The notes under the pieces: model-generated
Told to the model about the DNA's origin: nothing
Database searches by the model: none
Seen by the model: the letters and a program-made list of their open reading frames with translations, nothing else
Part shown: piece after piece, positions 11,401 through 20,848 of the stretch
How the letters are laid out: each line of letters starts with the position of its first letter
Position numbering within the stretch: position 1 is the first letter of the stretch
From: a virus
Taxonomy: Duplodnaviria; Caudoviricetes
DNA: 64,000 bases
IMG/VR virus record: IMGVR_UViG_3300032242_002445
Location: 2,197 to 66,196 of that record
Strand: one strand, 5' to 3'
Translations under genes and position numbers: made by a program

Positions 11401-12879
11401 TGTGGTATCGATAGGAGAGCGAGTCGTGACCTGGAATCGGTCGATCGAGTAGTCCCCTGCCGAGTCTCGAGTTCTCATGGCCATCTCGTCCTCGATGGCG
11501 TTGTACTGAGTCTCCTGGTTCTTCCTGTAAGGATAGCCTTCCGAGAACTCGACGACGCTGAGGAAGTCGGCGTTCGCCGCCGCGACCGTACTGTCGAGGG
11601 TTATGAGGTACGGCGTGATCTTGAGACGATCCGCACCCGGCGCCGACAGGTTGAAGGTTCCCGTGGCGTTGTCGAGCAAGGACGTGTCGATGTTGTAGTC
11701 GATGATGCTCTCGGTAGTCGAGAACCCGATCGAGACGTTGTTCGGGACGTTGGTGTACTTCGTGACGATCGTGGTCTGAGGATCAACCCTGAGGAAGTAT
11801 CCGTTCTTATAGATGATACCCTCGGAAACGCCAAACGCATAACCCGTACCAACTGGATTGGTGTTAGGCCAGGAATTAGCGAGCGAGTTATTCGCGATGC
11901 GGATTTTACCGACGTAGTTGTATGCGTTGAGCCAGTCGGTCGGAGATGACGGATAGGTCGCAACGGCGGTCGGCTGCTTTACAGTGAGGTAAGGCTGGGC
12001 GAGGTAGTTGGTTCCCTGTGAGGACAAGGAAATTCCAGTGATGACACCGTTGATGTCGGTGAGGATGTTACCGCTCGCACCGCTTCCGAGGATTTGATTG
12101 ATGGTCGCGGTGGCACCGGACGTCTGTCCTACGATCGTCTCGTTGTTCGAGAAAGTCCAGGTAGTGGCGCTCAGCGAGGAGTTCGTTACGTCGGTCTGAA
12201 GCGGCTTGATGCGAAGGACCGTGCTGTTGAGTGCGCTGGTCGTATCGATCGATATGACGCTCGCCCGAGCCGTAGTAGTTCCACCGACGATCGTCTCTCC
12301 TGCCTGAAACGCAGTGGCTGAGACCGCGTTAATCGAGATCGCAGGAACGATGACGAGAGTGTCCGTATTACTGAAGCCTGCACCACCCGCGGCGATGTAC
12401 GTCTTGGACAAAGTGTTGTTCGAGCTGTACACGGTGAGTGTATCACCGGCTGAGAACGCCGTGGAGTTACCGTACTGACCGCTGTTTACATAACGAACGA
12501 AGATCGTGTTGAGGTCAGGGTTGGTCGCGACGTAGCCGTTTGCCGAGTTGAGAACGTAGGCGATAAGACCGGTCGTGTTCCTAACGAAGTTGTTGACGTA
12601 GGAGATAGGACTCGATGGGGTGCCGTCGATCTCTGAGTCTTCAAGCTTGGCGTAAGGGTAGTTATCATAGAAGATGAAGTTACACCCGTTGATAATCGTA
12701 CCGCGCTTGTAGATGTTGTTACCAAATCTCTCGATCTGGTTCTGAAGGACCGTCTGGAGTTGATTTAGCTCTCTCGTCTGAACTGCGACCGAAGGCTTGA
12801 AGAGGACCTTGTAGTACTCTTTTGTCTGGTCATAGTCATCGAAGTAAGGAGAGACTCCAAGATTGGTAGTAATTGGCAT
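8455..12879 (-). CDS. Virion structural protein, VrlC/DUF4815-like (N-terminal part)
   Basis: TNLGVSPYFDDY...KVLFKPS..VQTRELNQLQ..LQNQIERFG; APGADRLKI; RYTMENIGNLERRI..LEYY..LSLLE; RFKFGFFTDNF. Confidence 0.8.
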   Translation of the reverse strand: MPITTNLGVSPYFDDYDQTKEYYKVLFKPSVAVQTRELNQLQTVLQNQIERFGNNIYKRGTIINGCNFIFYDNYPYAKLEDSEIDGTPSSPISYVNNFVRNTTGLIAYVLNSANGYVATNPDLNTIFVRYVNSGQYGNSTAFSAGDTLTVYSSNNTLSKTYIAAGGAGFSNTDTLVIVPAISINAVSATAFQAGETIVGGTTTARASVISIDTTSALNSTVLRIKPLQTDVTNSSLSATTWTFSNNETIVGQTSGATATINQILGSGASGNILTDINGVITGISLSSQGTNYLAQPYLTVKQPTAVATYPSSPTDWLNAYNYVGKIRIANNSLANSWPNTNPVGTGYAFGVSEGIIYKNGYFLRVDPQTTIVTKYTNVPNNVSIGFSTTESIIDYNIDTSLLDNATGTFNLSAPGADRLKITPYLITLDSTVAAANADFLSVVEFSEGYPYRKNQETQYNAIEDEMAMRTRDSAGDYSIDRFQVTTRSPIDTTREGNTFSIIVDPGIAYISGYKVQTFDNYSVDNTKGIDYLTSNSETLQLSYSSYVTVKNFAGAFAFNTGASIKLYDTALNYTGNSSLLGISGGTITPLGNQIGTANIRQVVQQASGIYQIYLFNVNMNIGANFSSVRSLVYNNGSSNVGVADVVTTFSTSQNSSIATLSTSNSGPSQLIFNAGSSSLLYAQNLTYQYTTVNSVFSIGNSGSFTLTIPDVFTYSGSLTAGQLNDIVLVPTSSGLTVNSSLTGTVVSNSSSNVLVGTSTVFNDTYLGLVAGDYILVSNSSANCVRIVTQVTNSTSVTLDSAPNFNYSTATVTRYFPRNVPFPLTSTSLRDNYSVVASGSTLSFNLNLGFLQSSTTCSIYYKAQRNSVTPEAKQASRGNYVYINLANNAGGITGPWCLGVPDIFRLQSVFLGSSNAVSESDSDVTDSFFIDHNQTADYYDLGFLYKKNMKGLSLSSSNWLLVKFDSFSVGTGSGPYTVTSYVSSNSSQRSTIDALPRASLGSNSNTLEIPELYTHKGAYYDLINCIDFRPIVANTANVTSTLSQATVNPPYTTTFNNTVDRRFPVPGTSVVYDKAYYLARKDVVAIGSDNNITLIKGKPIVGPSPSPIIIPDNAMVINIINVPSYPNIPFKRSSVYNDIINTGIANERFSFQRVQNHTLTSVYSSTDVSNAQPQRYTMENIGNLERRIQTLEYYVALSLLEASIKDLNLPSSISAGINRFKFGFFTDNFNDNSYTDLLNPEYNATVANNYAIPKENSTIVITPPGLPSYTEYALVSQPLATTTVTTPVLPVTYNGVVTNVSPSTIEVHRYEHLPSGTKVYWFGQQVTANVAGLKPLTAHRVFLNGSELTNTSIQYTTGTLPSNTSIKLYNQTLLTDASGKLNLTVYININEAALVDNDSRKNIVLDPGNQKIIIYNIDSTSTASFNLPSIVQGSDIEGTSTPSVRTVVLPKTNLARSSGLDNHFGGYGDVGNRII

Positions 12880-12891
12880 CTTTAATCCTTC

Positions 12892-14943
12892 TTAAAACTC
12901 AAGTATGAGCTTAAAATTCTCGGTCTGATCGGAAGCCCTTGTTACAGGGTTTATGTTCTCAACGTATAGAACCTCACCGGAACCATGAACGAGCTCCGGA
13001 GAGTATTTATTGGTCGGATTGTACTGCGCTCCGCTAACCTGCCCCTTTAACCTGTTGCTTCCGCCGACGTTGAACACGCCGGTCTGCTGGGTAGTATAGA
13101 GGGTGTTCAGGCTGCTGTTGGACACAATCGTGTAGAACACGGCATTGGGAGGGTTGGTCAGGATGTCGGTCGACGCGATGACCTCGCCGTTGATGAACGT
13201 CCCTCCGGTAACGGACCCAGGATATGCGTACATCTGAATGAAGGTGTTGAAGTCCTTGGTCTGCCCGCTCCTTGACACGCTGGTGACGTTTGCGATCGCT
13301 CCCGTAACCGAGCCGATGATCTGATCACCTGCAGAGAACACCCCGCGGACTTTGTCAAGGACCACGGTCGTCGGGGTCGTTGCGATCACCGTGCCGTAGC
13401 TCGTAACGTTTGCTAGGTATACCGTAGCACCGGCACTCGTGAACGAGCTGTTGGTAAAGAACGAGACGGCCGTGCTATTTACGGTTGAGACCTGATTGAT
13501 GTCGTAGTAGGAGCCGTTCGAGATGTAGATGTAGTCGTTGGAGGCGAACATCGGGATAAGATTACCCGATACTATACTCGCGACGTTCGAGGACGAGTTG
13601 ATGCTCACCGTTGCGTTTGTCTGAACAGGCTTTACCTTATAGACTATATCACCGGTGTAGGACGAGTTGGAGAAGTTCCCGGATTTTCCGGTCAGCGTCA
13701 GAGTTACACCACTGAACAGTGGGTTCTTCATCAGGCCGACCTGATTGAACTGGTTATTTCCAACCGCGGGTACTGTATTAGACTCGGTGTTCGATAGGTT
13801 AACGCTGACCGTAGCGTAGACGGCACCGAGCTCAGCAGCCGCATCGTACCCGTGCCCTCCGCGTGGGGGAAGTATAGGCCTAACGGAAGCTGGCGAGAAT
13901 TGACTGAGCACCGATACCGCGCTGCTGACGCCGACTGTGGCTGAAGCGTACTTGTAGTTGGCACCGTTGTCGAGCATCTTGACGCGATAGATGGTATTAC
14001 CAGCAGCGGCGGCGGAGTTGACAATTGCCAGTCCTATCGCCGCGGTCGTCTCAGTTCCATCTCCGGTCACGACGACACCAGGATAGATCTCGTACGTGGT
14101 TTGATTGTCAGGCTTGACCGTAAAAGGAGTCAGCGTCTTGATGTAGTTGCCGCTGCTGTTGGAGTAGGACGTTGAGATAGGTCTGAATTGTCCGATCAAG
14201 GCCGAGTAGTTTGTACTCGCTGTTATGTGAATGTAGCACCCGAGGAAGGCATCGGGCGATGACATATTAGTATTGGAGATGGGAATAGCAAACGTATCGA
14301 CCGAGATGACGTCGGTCGTGTTGAACTTGGTGTTCTCGATGTAGTTGATGTACCCGTTTCCTCCGACCGTGACGTTGATGACGTCTATGGATCCTGGAGA
14401 GGCGAACGAGGAGACCGTCGAGTTGGCAACTACAGGAATGTAGGAGGTCGTAGCGAACTTGTTGTAGTTTGCCGAGTCGACGCTGAACATGTACTTCCAC
14501 ATGTAACCATCGCTGGTGATGTAGGACTGATCAGTTGCATTGACCTGTGATATGTCCGGAGAGATCGTTGATACCGAGTTACCGCTGTTGTAGAGACACT
14601 TGAATACGTTGTAGAACGTCCCTTGTGTTACTCCAACGTAGAAGTTCTTACTGAACAGGCTCGGGTCTGAGTCATCGTACTGGGCATATACCGTACCGCT
14701 GCTATAGTCTATTCTCGGCATGGAGAGTAGGACGTCGGACGACTTGACCTTCTTTCCAAAGACCATGCTCCTGTAGGCGCCCCAGATCGTATTGCTCGAG
14801 TTGTCGTAGCTGTTAGCAACCGAAATACTGTTTGAGTAACCAACGTAGAAGTAGTAGGTATTATCGTTGTCCGTCTTAAACGAACTGATAAAGTCCCTAG
14901 CGTTGTTGACGCTATACGCCGCGGTTATTAACTTATTTGCCAT
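12892..14943 (-). CDS. gp8: Baseplate wedge subunit (T4 gp8-like)
   Basis: VFKCLYN...TSDGYMWKYMF; PRGGHGYDAAAELGA; SGEVLYVENINPVTR..QTENFKLILEF. Confidence 0.85.
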   Translation of the reverse strand: MANKLITAAYSVNNARDFISSFKTDNDNTYYFYVGYSNSISVANSYDNSSNTIWGAYRSMVFGKKVKSSDVLLSMPRIDYSSGTVYAQYDDSDPSLFSKNFYVGVTQGTFYNVFKCLYNSGNSVSTISPDISQVNATDQSYITSDGYMWKYMFSVDSANYNKFATTSYIPVVANSTVSSFASPGSIDVINVTVGGNGYINYIENTKFNTTDVISVDTFAIPISNTNMSSPDAFLGCYIHITASTNYSALIGQFRPISTSYSNSSGNYIKTLTPFTVKPDNQTTYEIYPGVVVTGDGTETTAAIGLAIVNSAAAAGNTIYRVKMLDNGANYKYASATVGVSSAVSVLSQFSPASVRPILPPRGGHGYDAAAELGAVYATVSVNLSNTESNTVPAVGNNQFNQVGLMKNPLFSGVTLTLTGKSGNFSNSSYTGDIVYKVKPVQTNATVSINSSSNVASIVSGNLIPMFASNDYIYISNGSYYDINQVSTVNSTAVSFFTNSSFTSAGATVYLANVTSYGTVIATTPTTVVLDKVRGVFSAGDQIIGSVTGAIANVTSVSRSGQTKDFNTFIQMYAYPGSVTGGTFINGEVIASTDILTNPPNAVFYTIVSNSSLNTLYTTQQTGVFNVGGSNRLKGQVSGAQYNPTNKYSPELVHGSGEVLYVENINPVTRASDQTENFKLILEF

Positions 14944-14953
14944 TACAACACAC

Positions 14954-17527
14954 CTAGATTGAGATCGTTGAGTTCGCTGCAGTTGAGTTAGAGGTCGTGA
15001 CCTGCGCGGCTACCATAGTCAGCGGCCGCGTAAGATTTGAGCTCTTGGCAACCGCCGAGAAGTGCTTTGTTCCTGTGACGTGAAGTATCTTCTCGAGCAT
15101 ATCGGAGTATAGATCCGGAGGTATAGGCGATCTAATCTCGTACGAGAAGTCCTGATAGTAGTCCCCGTCATGAAGGTATTTATTCGAACTAAGGAAGCCC
15201 GACTGTGTCAGGTAGATTCCGGATCCAGTTCCCTGCTTTCCTAAGACGGCGGTGGCGAGACCTGCCCTACTTCCATCCTGTGAGTAGAACGTGATCACAT
15301 CCCCGTTTCCATATCCAAATCCGGAATCGGTTACCTCGAGCGCCTTGACTGCATTGTTAGATATGTTGACCGAAGTCCCGATTTTAGCATTACGACCAGA
15401 TACAGGAACGGTCGTGTCGTAGTTCAATGCCACAAGTGTCGAGTTGGCACCGGACGACTGTCCGATGATGCTGTTGCCACCTACTGTAAACCTATCCGAG
15501 AAGGTAATGCGCCTTGCCTTGATCGTCGTGCTGTTCGCAAACATTACGATCGAGTTGGCACCTGTTCCTGGTTGAGTAATGAGCTCTCCAGGAACGAAGA
15601 GTCCGTTTGTATTAGTTATAGTGAATATGAAATCGCGCTTTCCATAGCTTGCAAAGAAGTCGGTAGGTATTGCAAACGGAGGGTAGTTGTAGTTAAATCC
15701 TGGATTGATACCCGTCAAAGTCCCGACTGAACCGACGGTGATGGAGGTCAGAGGGTAGAAGGCTGAGGCGAGCGAGTTACTGGACTTAGTATTGTTCAGG
15801 TTGGCACCGTAGCTCGCAGAGTTGAGTGCCACACCTTTTACGTAGATGATAGGCGGTGCGATTGAGATCGAGTCGGTATACGTCAGAGTGCCGATCTTAT
15901 ATGATGCTGAGGAGCCGTTGTAGATCGTATCAACGGTTCCGTAAGTTCCGTAAGAGGTATCATAGACGTAGTTGCCAGGGGTGTTTATGAAGGAGAAGTT
16001 AGCGGTGCTGTTGACCGAGACAAATCCCGCGGTGAGCGAGATGCTGTTGACGTAGGCGGTAACTGAGTTATCACGTGATGAGAACGAGTAACCCGAGATG
16101 AACACTCCGCTGACATTTGCAACCGCGAGGTTGTTGTTGAAGCGATCGAAGCTGCTGATGTAGCCGTTGGCTGTTTCTTGGCCAAGGCTGTTCATCTGAT
16201 AGATCTGAGTTCCTGGTACGAAGTCGGTGCTGTTGTTGTAGTATTTTACGATGGTATTTGAAGAGTACCCGATCAAGTTGGCATATGCGGATATATCAGT
16301 GAACGATGATACGGTAACGGTGATGCTGTTCGTAGTATCGACAAGCGTGCTGTTTCCAGAAAGGCTTCCTGTCAGAGTCGTGGCGAGGATGTAGCCGCTG
16401 TTCGCAGAGGCCGTCTGAACGCTCAGGATAGTTCCCGTCCCGACGACGCTGGCACCTGAGTAGGCCTTGATGGTATCACCGGGCGAGACGATCACGTGTG
16501 AGAGCGACGAGTTCACCGAGTTAGAATACGCGATGTTCGCAAGCGGCTGCTTGAAAATTGTGTTCAGTGAGTACTCGAGTGTAGTCGAGTTTGATGGGGT
16601 AATGTGAACGTTATTCAGAAGGTATACCTGCGTCGATATGGTTGAGTTCGCAAGCGTCGTGTATCCCCAGCCACCGTCGACGAGATTAAATCCGACGGCG
16701 CCGGTTAATGCTGCAAGTGACGTAACTCTAGCCTTTCCTTGCTTAGCATTAGATGTAGTAAGATTAACGATCTCACCGACACTGAAGTTCGCCCCTCCGC
16801 TCGTAACGACCAAGTTGGTGAGGGATCCCTTTACTATAGGATTTTTTGTAATAGAGATCGTGTTGTCAGGTGTGACGAGAGTGATTGCCTCGCCCGTGAT
16901 GAAGTTTCCGCTCAAGCCCGAGATATAGAAGATGTCGACGTACCTTCCGAGATACCTCTTTGTGACGAGCGAGTCGACGAAAGCCTTGGCACCGGAGTTG
17001 AGTCCGACGATGTCCTTGTTAACGAAGAACCTATTGCTGTCGGAAGGATTGACCTCGATGTAGGTAGGTTGGAACCACTTGGCGTCCGAGGTCCTGAACA
17101 CATCTTGCCCAGGAGTGTAGACGGTAGGCTCCTCTCCGAACACGAGTTGGAAGAACAACCTGACTGCCCTAGGAGTACCTCTCGAGCGATATAAGTCAAG
17201 GCTGTGCTTGACGAGCTGGCGAGTGTTCGTCGCTGTCTGGAACTGGATATTGTTGAGGTACTTCGCCTTGAAGTGAGTGATGAACTCCTCTTCGGACTGG
17301 TCGATGTCCTGATATTCTAGAAGCCTGCGACCGTGATACAGAGGTCCGCCGTCTCCGACCTCGACACCCTGCGCCCTATAGACATCCGCAGCTTCGTCTG
17401 AAATTTCTAACCACTGGTAGTAAGCGGTAACGAAATTGACAAAGTCCTGTCCGTAGACCCTATAGATCTCGGGGAACTGATTTATTACTAACGGTGCGAT
17501 CCTCGAGTATGTATTTGCCTCAGCCAT
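14954..17527 (-). CDS. gp7: Baseplate wedge initiator (gp7-like)
   Basis: QFPE....FVNFVTAYYQWLE; DLYRSRGT..AVRLFFQLVFGE; LHDGDYYQDFSYEIRS...LHVTGTKHF. Confidence 0.8.
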   Translation of the reverse strand: MAEANTYSRIAPLVINQFPEIYRVYGQDFVNFVTAYYQWLEISDEAADVYRAQGVEVGDGGPLYHGRRLLEYQDIDQSEEEFITHFKAKYLNNIQFQTATNTRQLVKHSLDLYRSRGTPRAVRLFFQLVFGEEPTVYTPGQDVFRTSDAKWFQPTYIEVNPSDSNRFFVNKDIVGLNSGAKAFVDSLVTKRYLGRYVDIFYISGLSGNFITGEAITLVTPDNTISITKNPIVKGSLTNLVVTSGGANFSVGEIVNLTTSNAKQGKARVTSLAALTGAVGFNLVDGGWGYTTLANSTISTQVYLLNNVHITPSNSTTLEYSLNTIFKQPLANIAYSNSVNSSLSHVIVSPGDTIKAYSGASVVGTGTILSVQTASANSGYILATTLTGSLSGNSTLVDTTNSITVTVSSFTDISAYANLIGYSSNTIVKYYNNSTDFVPGTQIYQMNSLGQETANGYISSFDRFNNNLAVANVSGVFISGYSFSSRDNSVTAYVNSISLTAGFVSVNSTANFSFINTPGNYVYDTSYGTYGTVDTIYNGSSASYKIGTLTYTDSISIAPPIIYVKGVALNSASYGANLNNTKSSNSLASAFYPLTSITVGSVGTLTGINPGFNYNYPPFAIPTDFFASYGKRDFIFTITNTNGLFVPGELITQPGTGANSIVMFANSTTIKARRITFSDRFTVGGNSIIGQSSGANSTLVALNYDTTVPVSGRNAKIGTSVNISNNAVKALEVTDSGFGYGNGDVITFYSQDGSRAGLATAVLGKQGTGSGIYLTQSGFLSSNKYLHDGDYYQDFSYEIRSPIPPDLYSDMLEKILHVTGTKHFSAVAKSSNLTRPLTMVAAQVTTSNSTAANSTISI

Positions 17528-17531
17528 CTGA

Positions 17532-19331
17532 TTACTCCCTGATGGCCTGAACCGTCAGGTTGATCTCGCTGGCTTCCAGATTGAGGATGTCGTTCTGACC
17601 GGCCACGATGTCCTTCTCTGCCGATAAGGCATATATCTTAAGCTCGGTACCGGAATAGCTGTCGATCGTAAAGTTTTGAATTGAGAGAACTCCGGTGTTG
17701 TAGTCGACCGTTCCGATCACGAGAACCGTCTCGTGATTGTTACCGTTCTGCTTCACGATCCTGAGATTTCCATCTGCATCGTCCTCCAGATAGCACGAGA
17801 TGCCTTGATAGAAGAACTCGGACGAGTAGATCGTATGAAGGTCGGACAGCGGGTGGGTCTTAGGAATAGGAGCCAGCGTATTCAACAACGGCATGTTGAA
17901 GTTCACGGTGATGTTCTGTGCCGTACCGATCTTGGGATACAACTTCTTATATGCAAAGACCTCAGTCTCGTTACCGACGATGCTGGCATCAGTCGAGTCG
18001 ATCACCCTAGTGAGCTGGCTGTACCTCAGGATCGAGTTGAACTTATTAAGGTAGGTGTTGTTGTAGCTTACTATTGCGTTCTTTATCAAGGCGGAGACGT
18101 CTGCCGGCGAGTAGTTGGTCTTATTGACGTTGTACTTGACGACCGAGCTGACGCTGTAGTAGATCTTCGATGGGGTTACGAAGATCGGCTCTTGGGTAAG
18201 AGGCATTCTCGGCTTGAGGAAGTTGTAGTAGAGGACCTGCTTTGATTCCGGAAGGCCTTCGACACCTGAGATGTCGACCGAGACGAACACCTTACCGTAC
18301 CTAGGAGGGTTGACCGTCTCTCCACCATAAACGGCGATGTTGTTGATCTCAGGGAACTGAGTCTGCATGATGGTCTGATAGTCGGTCGATGAAACTGCAC
18401 GCTCCTGCGTCTGAAAGTAGCGCGGCGCGTTGAACTTGACCGATGCGACCGACTCCTTGAACGAACCGTTGTATGCCGGTGTCAGCGTAACGATCTTCGG
18501 GGTACCAATCGTCTTGCCGCCGGTAAGGTCCGTGTTCAACGAGAAAGTTGTGGCACCGTTAGGATCCGATCCACCCGAGGTCCTATAGTTTATAGCAATG
18601 ATGGAGCCGTCCTTAGGACGCCTACCGATGATGTCGTCACCGAAAACCACCTCGAAGAATCCTGTCTCGGCACCTTGTATAAAGTAGGCCTTGGACGTCG
18701 AGTTGAGATCGAGAAGGGTTGTCTTCTTGAAGTACTGAACGGTAGTTGCCCCGTTATCCTCCAGAGACGTGACAGTGCACGAAGAGATGTCCGCCTGCTC
18801 GTTCGAGAGGATAAACCTCTGCGTCTCGTTGTTGTAGTCCATGACGAACGTATCGGTAACGTAGTTGCCCTCGTACACGTCGACGTTGAACGACCAGTAG
18901 TTGTTCGACGAGTGAAATACTTGAGTAGTGTCGGTATAGAAGTTATATGAGTTCGAGCCGACCTTGGTGGTAAATCCCGTGCTCTTAGGAACGATCAGGG
19001 TAGTACCAAAGGTGCTGTCGGTTGTGAATGTAAGGTTAAGCTTTGCCTGAGAGGAGATCGCGCTGCGAGGAGTGTAGTTAAGCTCCTTGGCGTGCGAGTA
19101 GGCACTGGTGGCGAGCTGCGACGTATCGAGGAACGCCTCCGACGCAATCATATTCAGGTAGAACGAATTTAGAAACGTGTTGTATGAGAGAAGGTCGATG
19201 AGGACCCTGAGGTTCGACCCTTCGAAGTCGTAGTCCTTGAACTGCGACTGCTGCTTCATGAAGGATATGAAGTTTGCCGATAAGGTATCGGGATCGAGGG
19301 AGACGAGACTGAGTGTTGAGTTTGCGGCCAT
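17532..19331 (-). CDS. gp6: Baseplate wedge subunit gp6
   Basis: FKDYDFEGSNL..LIDLLSYNT; AKELNYTPRS; APRYFQTQERAVS..DY; PPRYGKVF; GTVDYNTG. Confidence 0.92.
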   Translation of the reverse strand: MAANSTLSLVSLDPDTLSANFISFMKQQSQFKDYDFEGSNLRVLIDLLSYNTFLNSFYLNMIASEAFLDTSQLATSAYSHAKELNYTPRSAISSQAKLNLTFTTDSTFGTTLIVPKSTGFTTKVGSNSYNFYTDTTQVFHSSNNYWSFNVDVYEGNYVTDTFVMDYNNETQRFILSNEQADISSCTVTSLEDNGATTVQYFKKTTLLDLNSTSKAYFIQGAETGFFEVVFGDDIIGRRPKDGSIIAINYRTSGGSDPNGATTFSLNTDLTGGKTIGTPKIVTLTPAYNGSFKESVASVKFNAPRYFQTQERAVSSTDYQTIMQTQFPEINNIAVYGGETVNPPRYGKVFVSVDISGVEGLPESKQVLYYNFLKPRMPLTQEPIFVTPSKIYYSVSSVVKYNVNKTNYSPADVSALIKNAIVSYNNTYLNKFNSILRYSQLTRVIDSTDASIVGNETEVFAYKKLYPKIGTAQNITVNFNMPLLNTLAPIPKTHPLSDLHTIYSSEFFYQGISCYLEDDADGNLRIVKQNGNNHETVLVIGTVDYNTGVLSIQNFTIDSYSGTELKIYALSAEKDIVAGQNDILNLEASEINLTVQAIRE

Positions 19332-19332
19332 T

Positions 19333-19761
19333 CTATCTTACTTTATTTAAGGTTAGGCTCAACTGAGAAACTACTTGAGTATTTATTATGGAAAAAACGA
19401 TGTCTATGTAGTATGACTGGTCTTCCTCTCTAGGATTTACCGAGACGTTGACTAGACTTACCCTAGGCTCGAAGTTGAGTATCGTGCTGCGGATCTCGTT
19501 CTCAATGGCCATCGCGGTTATGGCATCCATCGGCTCGAACAGGAGCCTGTAGACACCGCAGCCGATCGTGTTGTTGTAAGGTCTCTCGCCTGGAGCGGTC
19601 AGGATCAAGTTCCTCAGCGACTGCTTGATAGACTCGTCGTTGATGACACGTGCGAGCGCACCGGTGATCGGGTTCTTGTCGAAGTTGATTAGAAAATCAC
19701 TGAACTGATCCGACTTCTTAGTAAGCTCGGTGATCTTATCTTTTCTAGTGACTGATGTCAA
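19333..19761 (-). CDS. gp25: Baseplate wedge protein gp25
   Basis: SIKQSLRNLILTAPGERPY...LLFEP...FEPRV. Confidence 0.92.
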   Translation of the reverse strand: MTSVTRKDKITELTKKSDQFSDFLINFDKNPITGALARVINDESIKQSLRNLILTAPGERPYNNTIGCGVYRLLFEPMDAITAMAIENEIRSTILNFEPRVSLVNVSVNPREEDQSYYIDIVFSIINTQVVSQLSLTLNKVR

Positions 19762-19764
19762 CTC

Positions 19765-20088
19765 TTAGCCTCCGCAGAAGACGTTAGGAGATCCGCTTGA
19801 GATCTGATGGTCGACGTATAAGTCGTTCTTTCTTCCGAGACCCTTGCCGTTGACCCTAACGGTCGAGGAGGATGTCGTCAGGACGGGTGCGTGAGGGTTG
19901 CAGCACGACCCTGGATAGAGGTGGGTTATCATGGCATCGTTGATCCTAACGACCCCGATGCCGTTGACTCGAACGTTTGAAGAGCCTTGGTCCGTGCTCT
20001 GTGTAGTAGGGCTCGCACAGCACGTTCCAGACCCGTCTGGAGATGCCACGGTGTCCGTACTGCTCATTCTCGCTACAGCCTGTCCCAT
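19765..20088 (-). CDS. PAAR-type spike tip (gp5.4-like)
   Basis: AVAR..D, GSSNVRVNG, SSTVRVNG..GR..D, SGSPNVF; Cys/His metal ligands. Confidence 0.85.
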   Translation of the reverse strand: MGQAVARMSSTDTVASPDGSGTCCASPTTQSTDQGSSNVRVNGIGVVRINDAMITHLYPGSCCNPHAPVLTTSSSTVRVNGKGLGRKNDLYVDHQISSGSPNVFCGG

Positions 20089-20110
20089 ATCAGCTCTCCG
20101 TCTTGTTTAT

Positions 20111-20848
20111 TTATGGGTTCAAGTCGATGGTCTTGCCCTTCAGGACCATACCTAACATCGAGTTCGCATTGAACGTGTCGCTGCTGTTGAGCGTCATACT
20201 GGACTTGGACTGGATCGTGTACGTCGAGTCGGTAGTGAGGCTCCTGTCTCCCTTAACATAAGTCAGGTACGAGTCGTGATAGACCTCGGAGACCTTTCCG
20301 ACGACCTCGGTCGAGCTCTTTCCCTGAACGACGCTCACCCACCTTCCGGAATTGATGATGAAGTTGCTGACGGCCGTGATGCCGATGTTCTTAGCCTTTA
20401 TGTTAAGATTGTTATCAACTTGCATAGACATGTTATTAGCGGTGACAAAGGCAGTTCCACCAACGTGTGCTATTGAGGAGCCGGTAACGCTCGTTGTCAT
20501 GTTTCCGCCTACTGCCGCAGAGACGTCGCCGCTGACCTCAATATGGGCATCACCGCCGACGGTGATCCTAGCATGACCGCCGATCTTGATGTCGCCGTTC
20601 TGGTCGACCGAGATGGTCAAGCCGCCTTTAGTGTATATGACCTGATTGTTGACCGTGGCAGTGACCCTACGTCCGTCGGCAGAGATCTCGTCGTAGCTCC
20701 CGGACTTATGAGCGGTCCTGATCCTCTCATTTCCTGGCGTATCATCGTGCTCAGTGCTGTGACCGCTCTCGGTAGTAAAGGACTTGAGATAAGGGTACTT
20801 CGCACCGTAGGTCGTGTCCGGATGTCTCTTAGTATCTGCCATGATCAT
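20111..20848 (-). CDS. Baseplate spike gp5 C-terminal (beta-helix) portion
   Basis: KYPY....TESGH..EHDDTPGNERI...HKSGSY.EI; VxG repeats; ends IDLNP. Confidence 0.85.
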   Translation of the reverse strand: MIMADTKRHPDTTYGAKYPYLKSFTTESGHSTEHDDTPGNERIRTAHKSGSYDEISADGRRVTATVNNQVIYTKGGLTISVDQNGDIKIGGHARITVGGDAHIEVSGDVSAAVGGNMTTSVTGSSIAHVGGTAFVTANNMSMQVDNNLNIKAKNIGITAVSNFIINSGRWVSVVQGKSSTEVVGKVSEVYHDSYLTYVKGDRSLTTDSTYTIQSKSSMTLNSSDTFNANSMLGMVLKGKTIDLNP

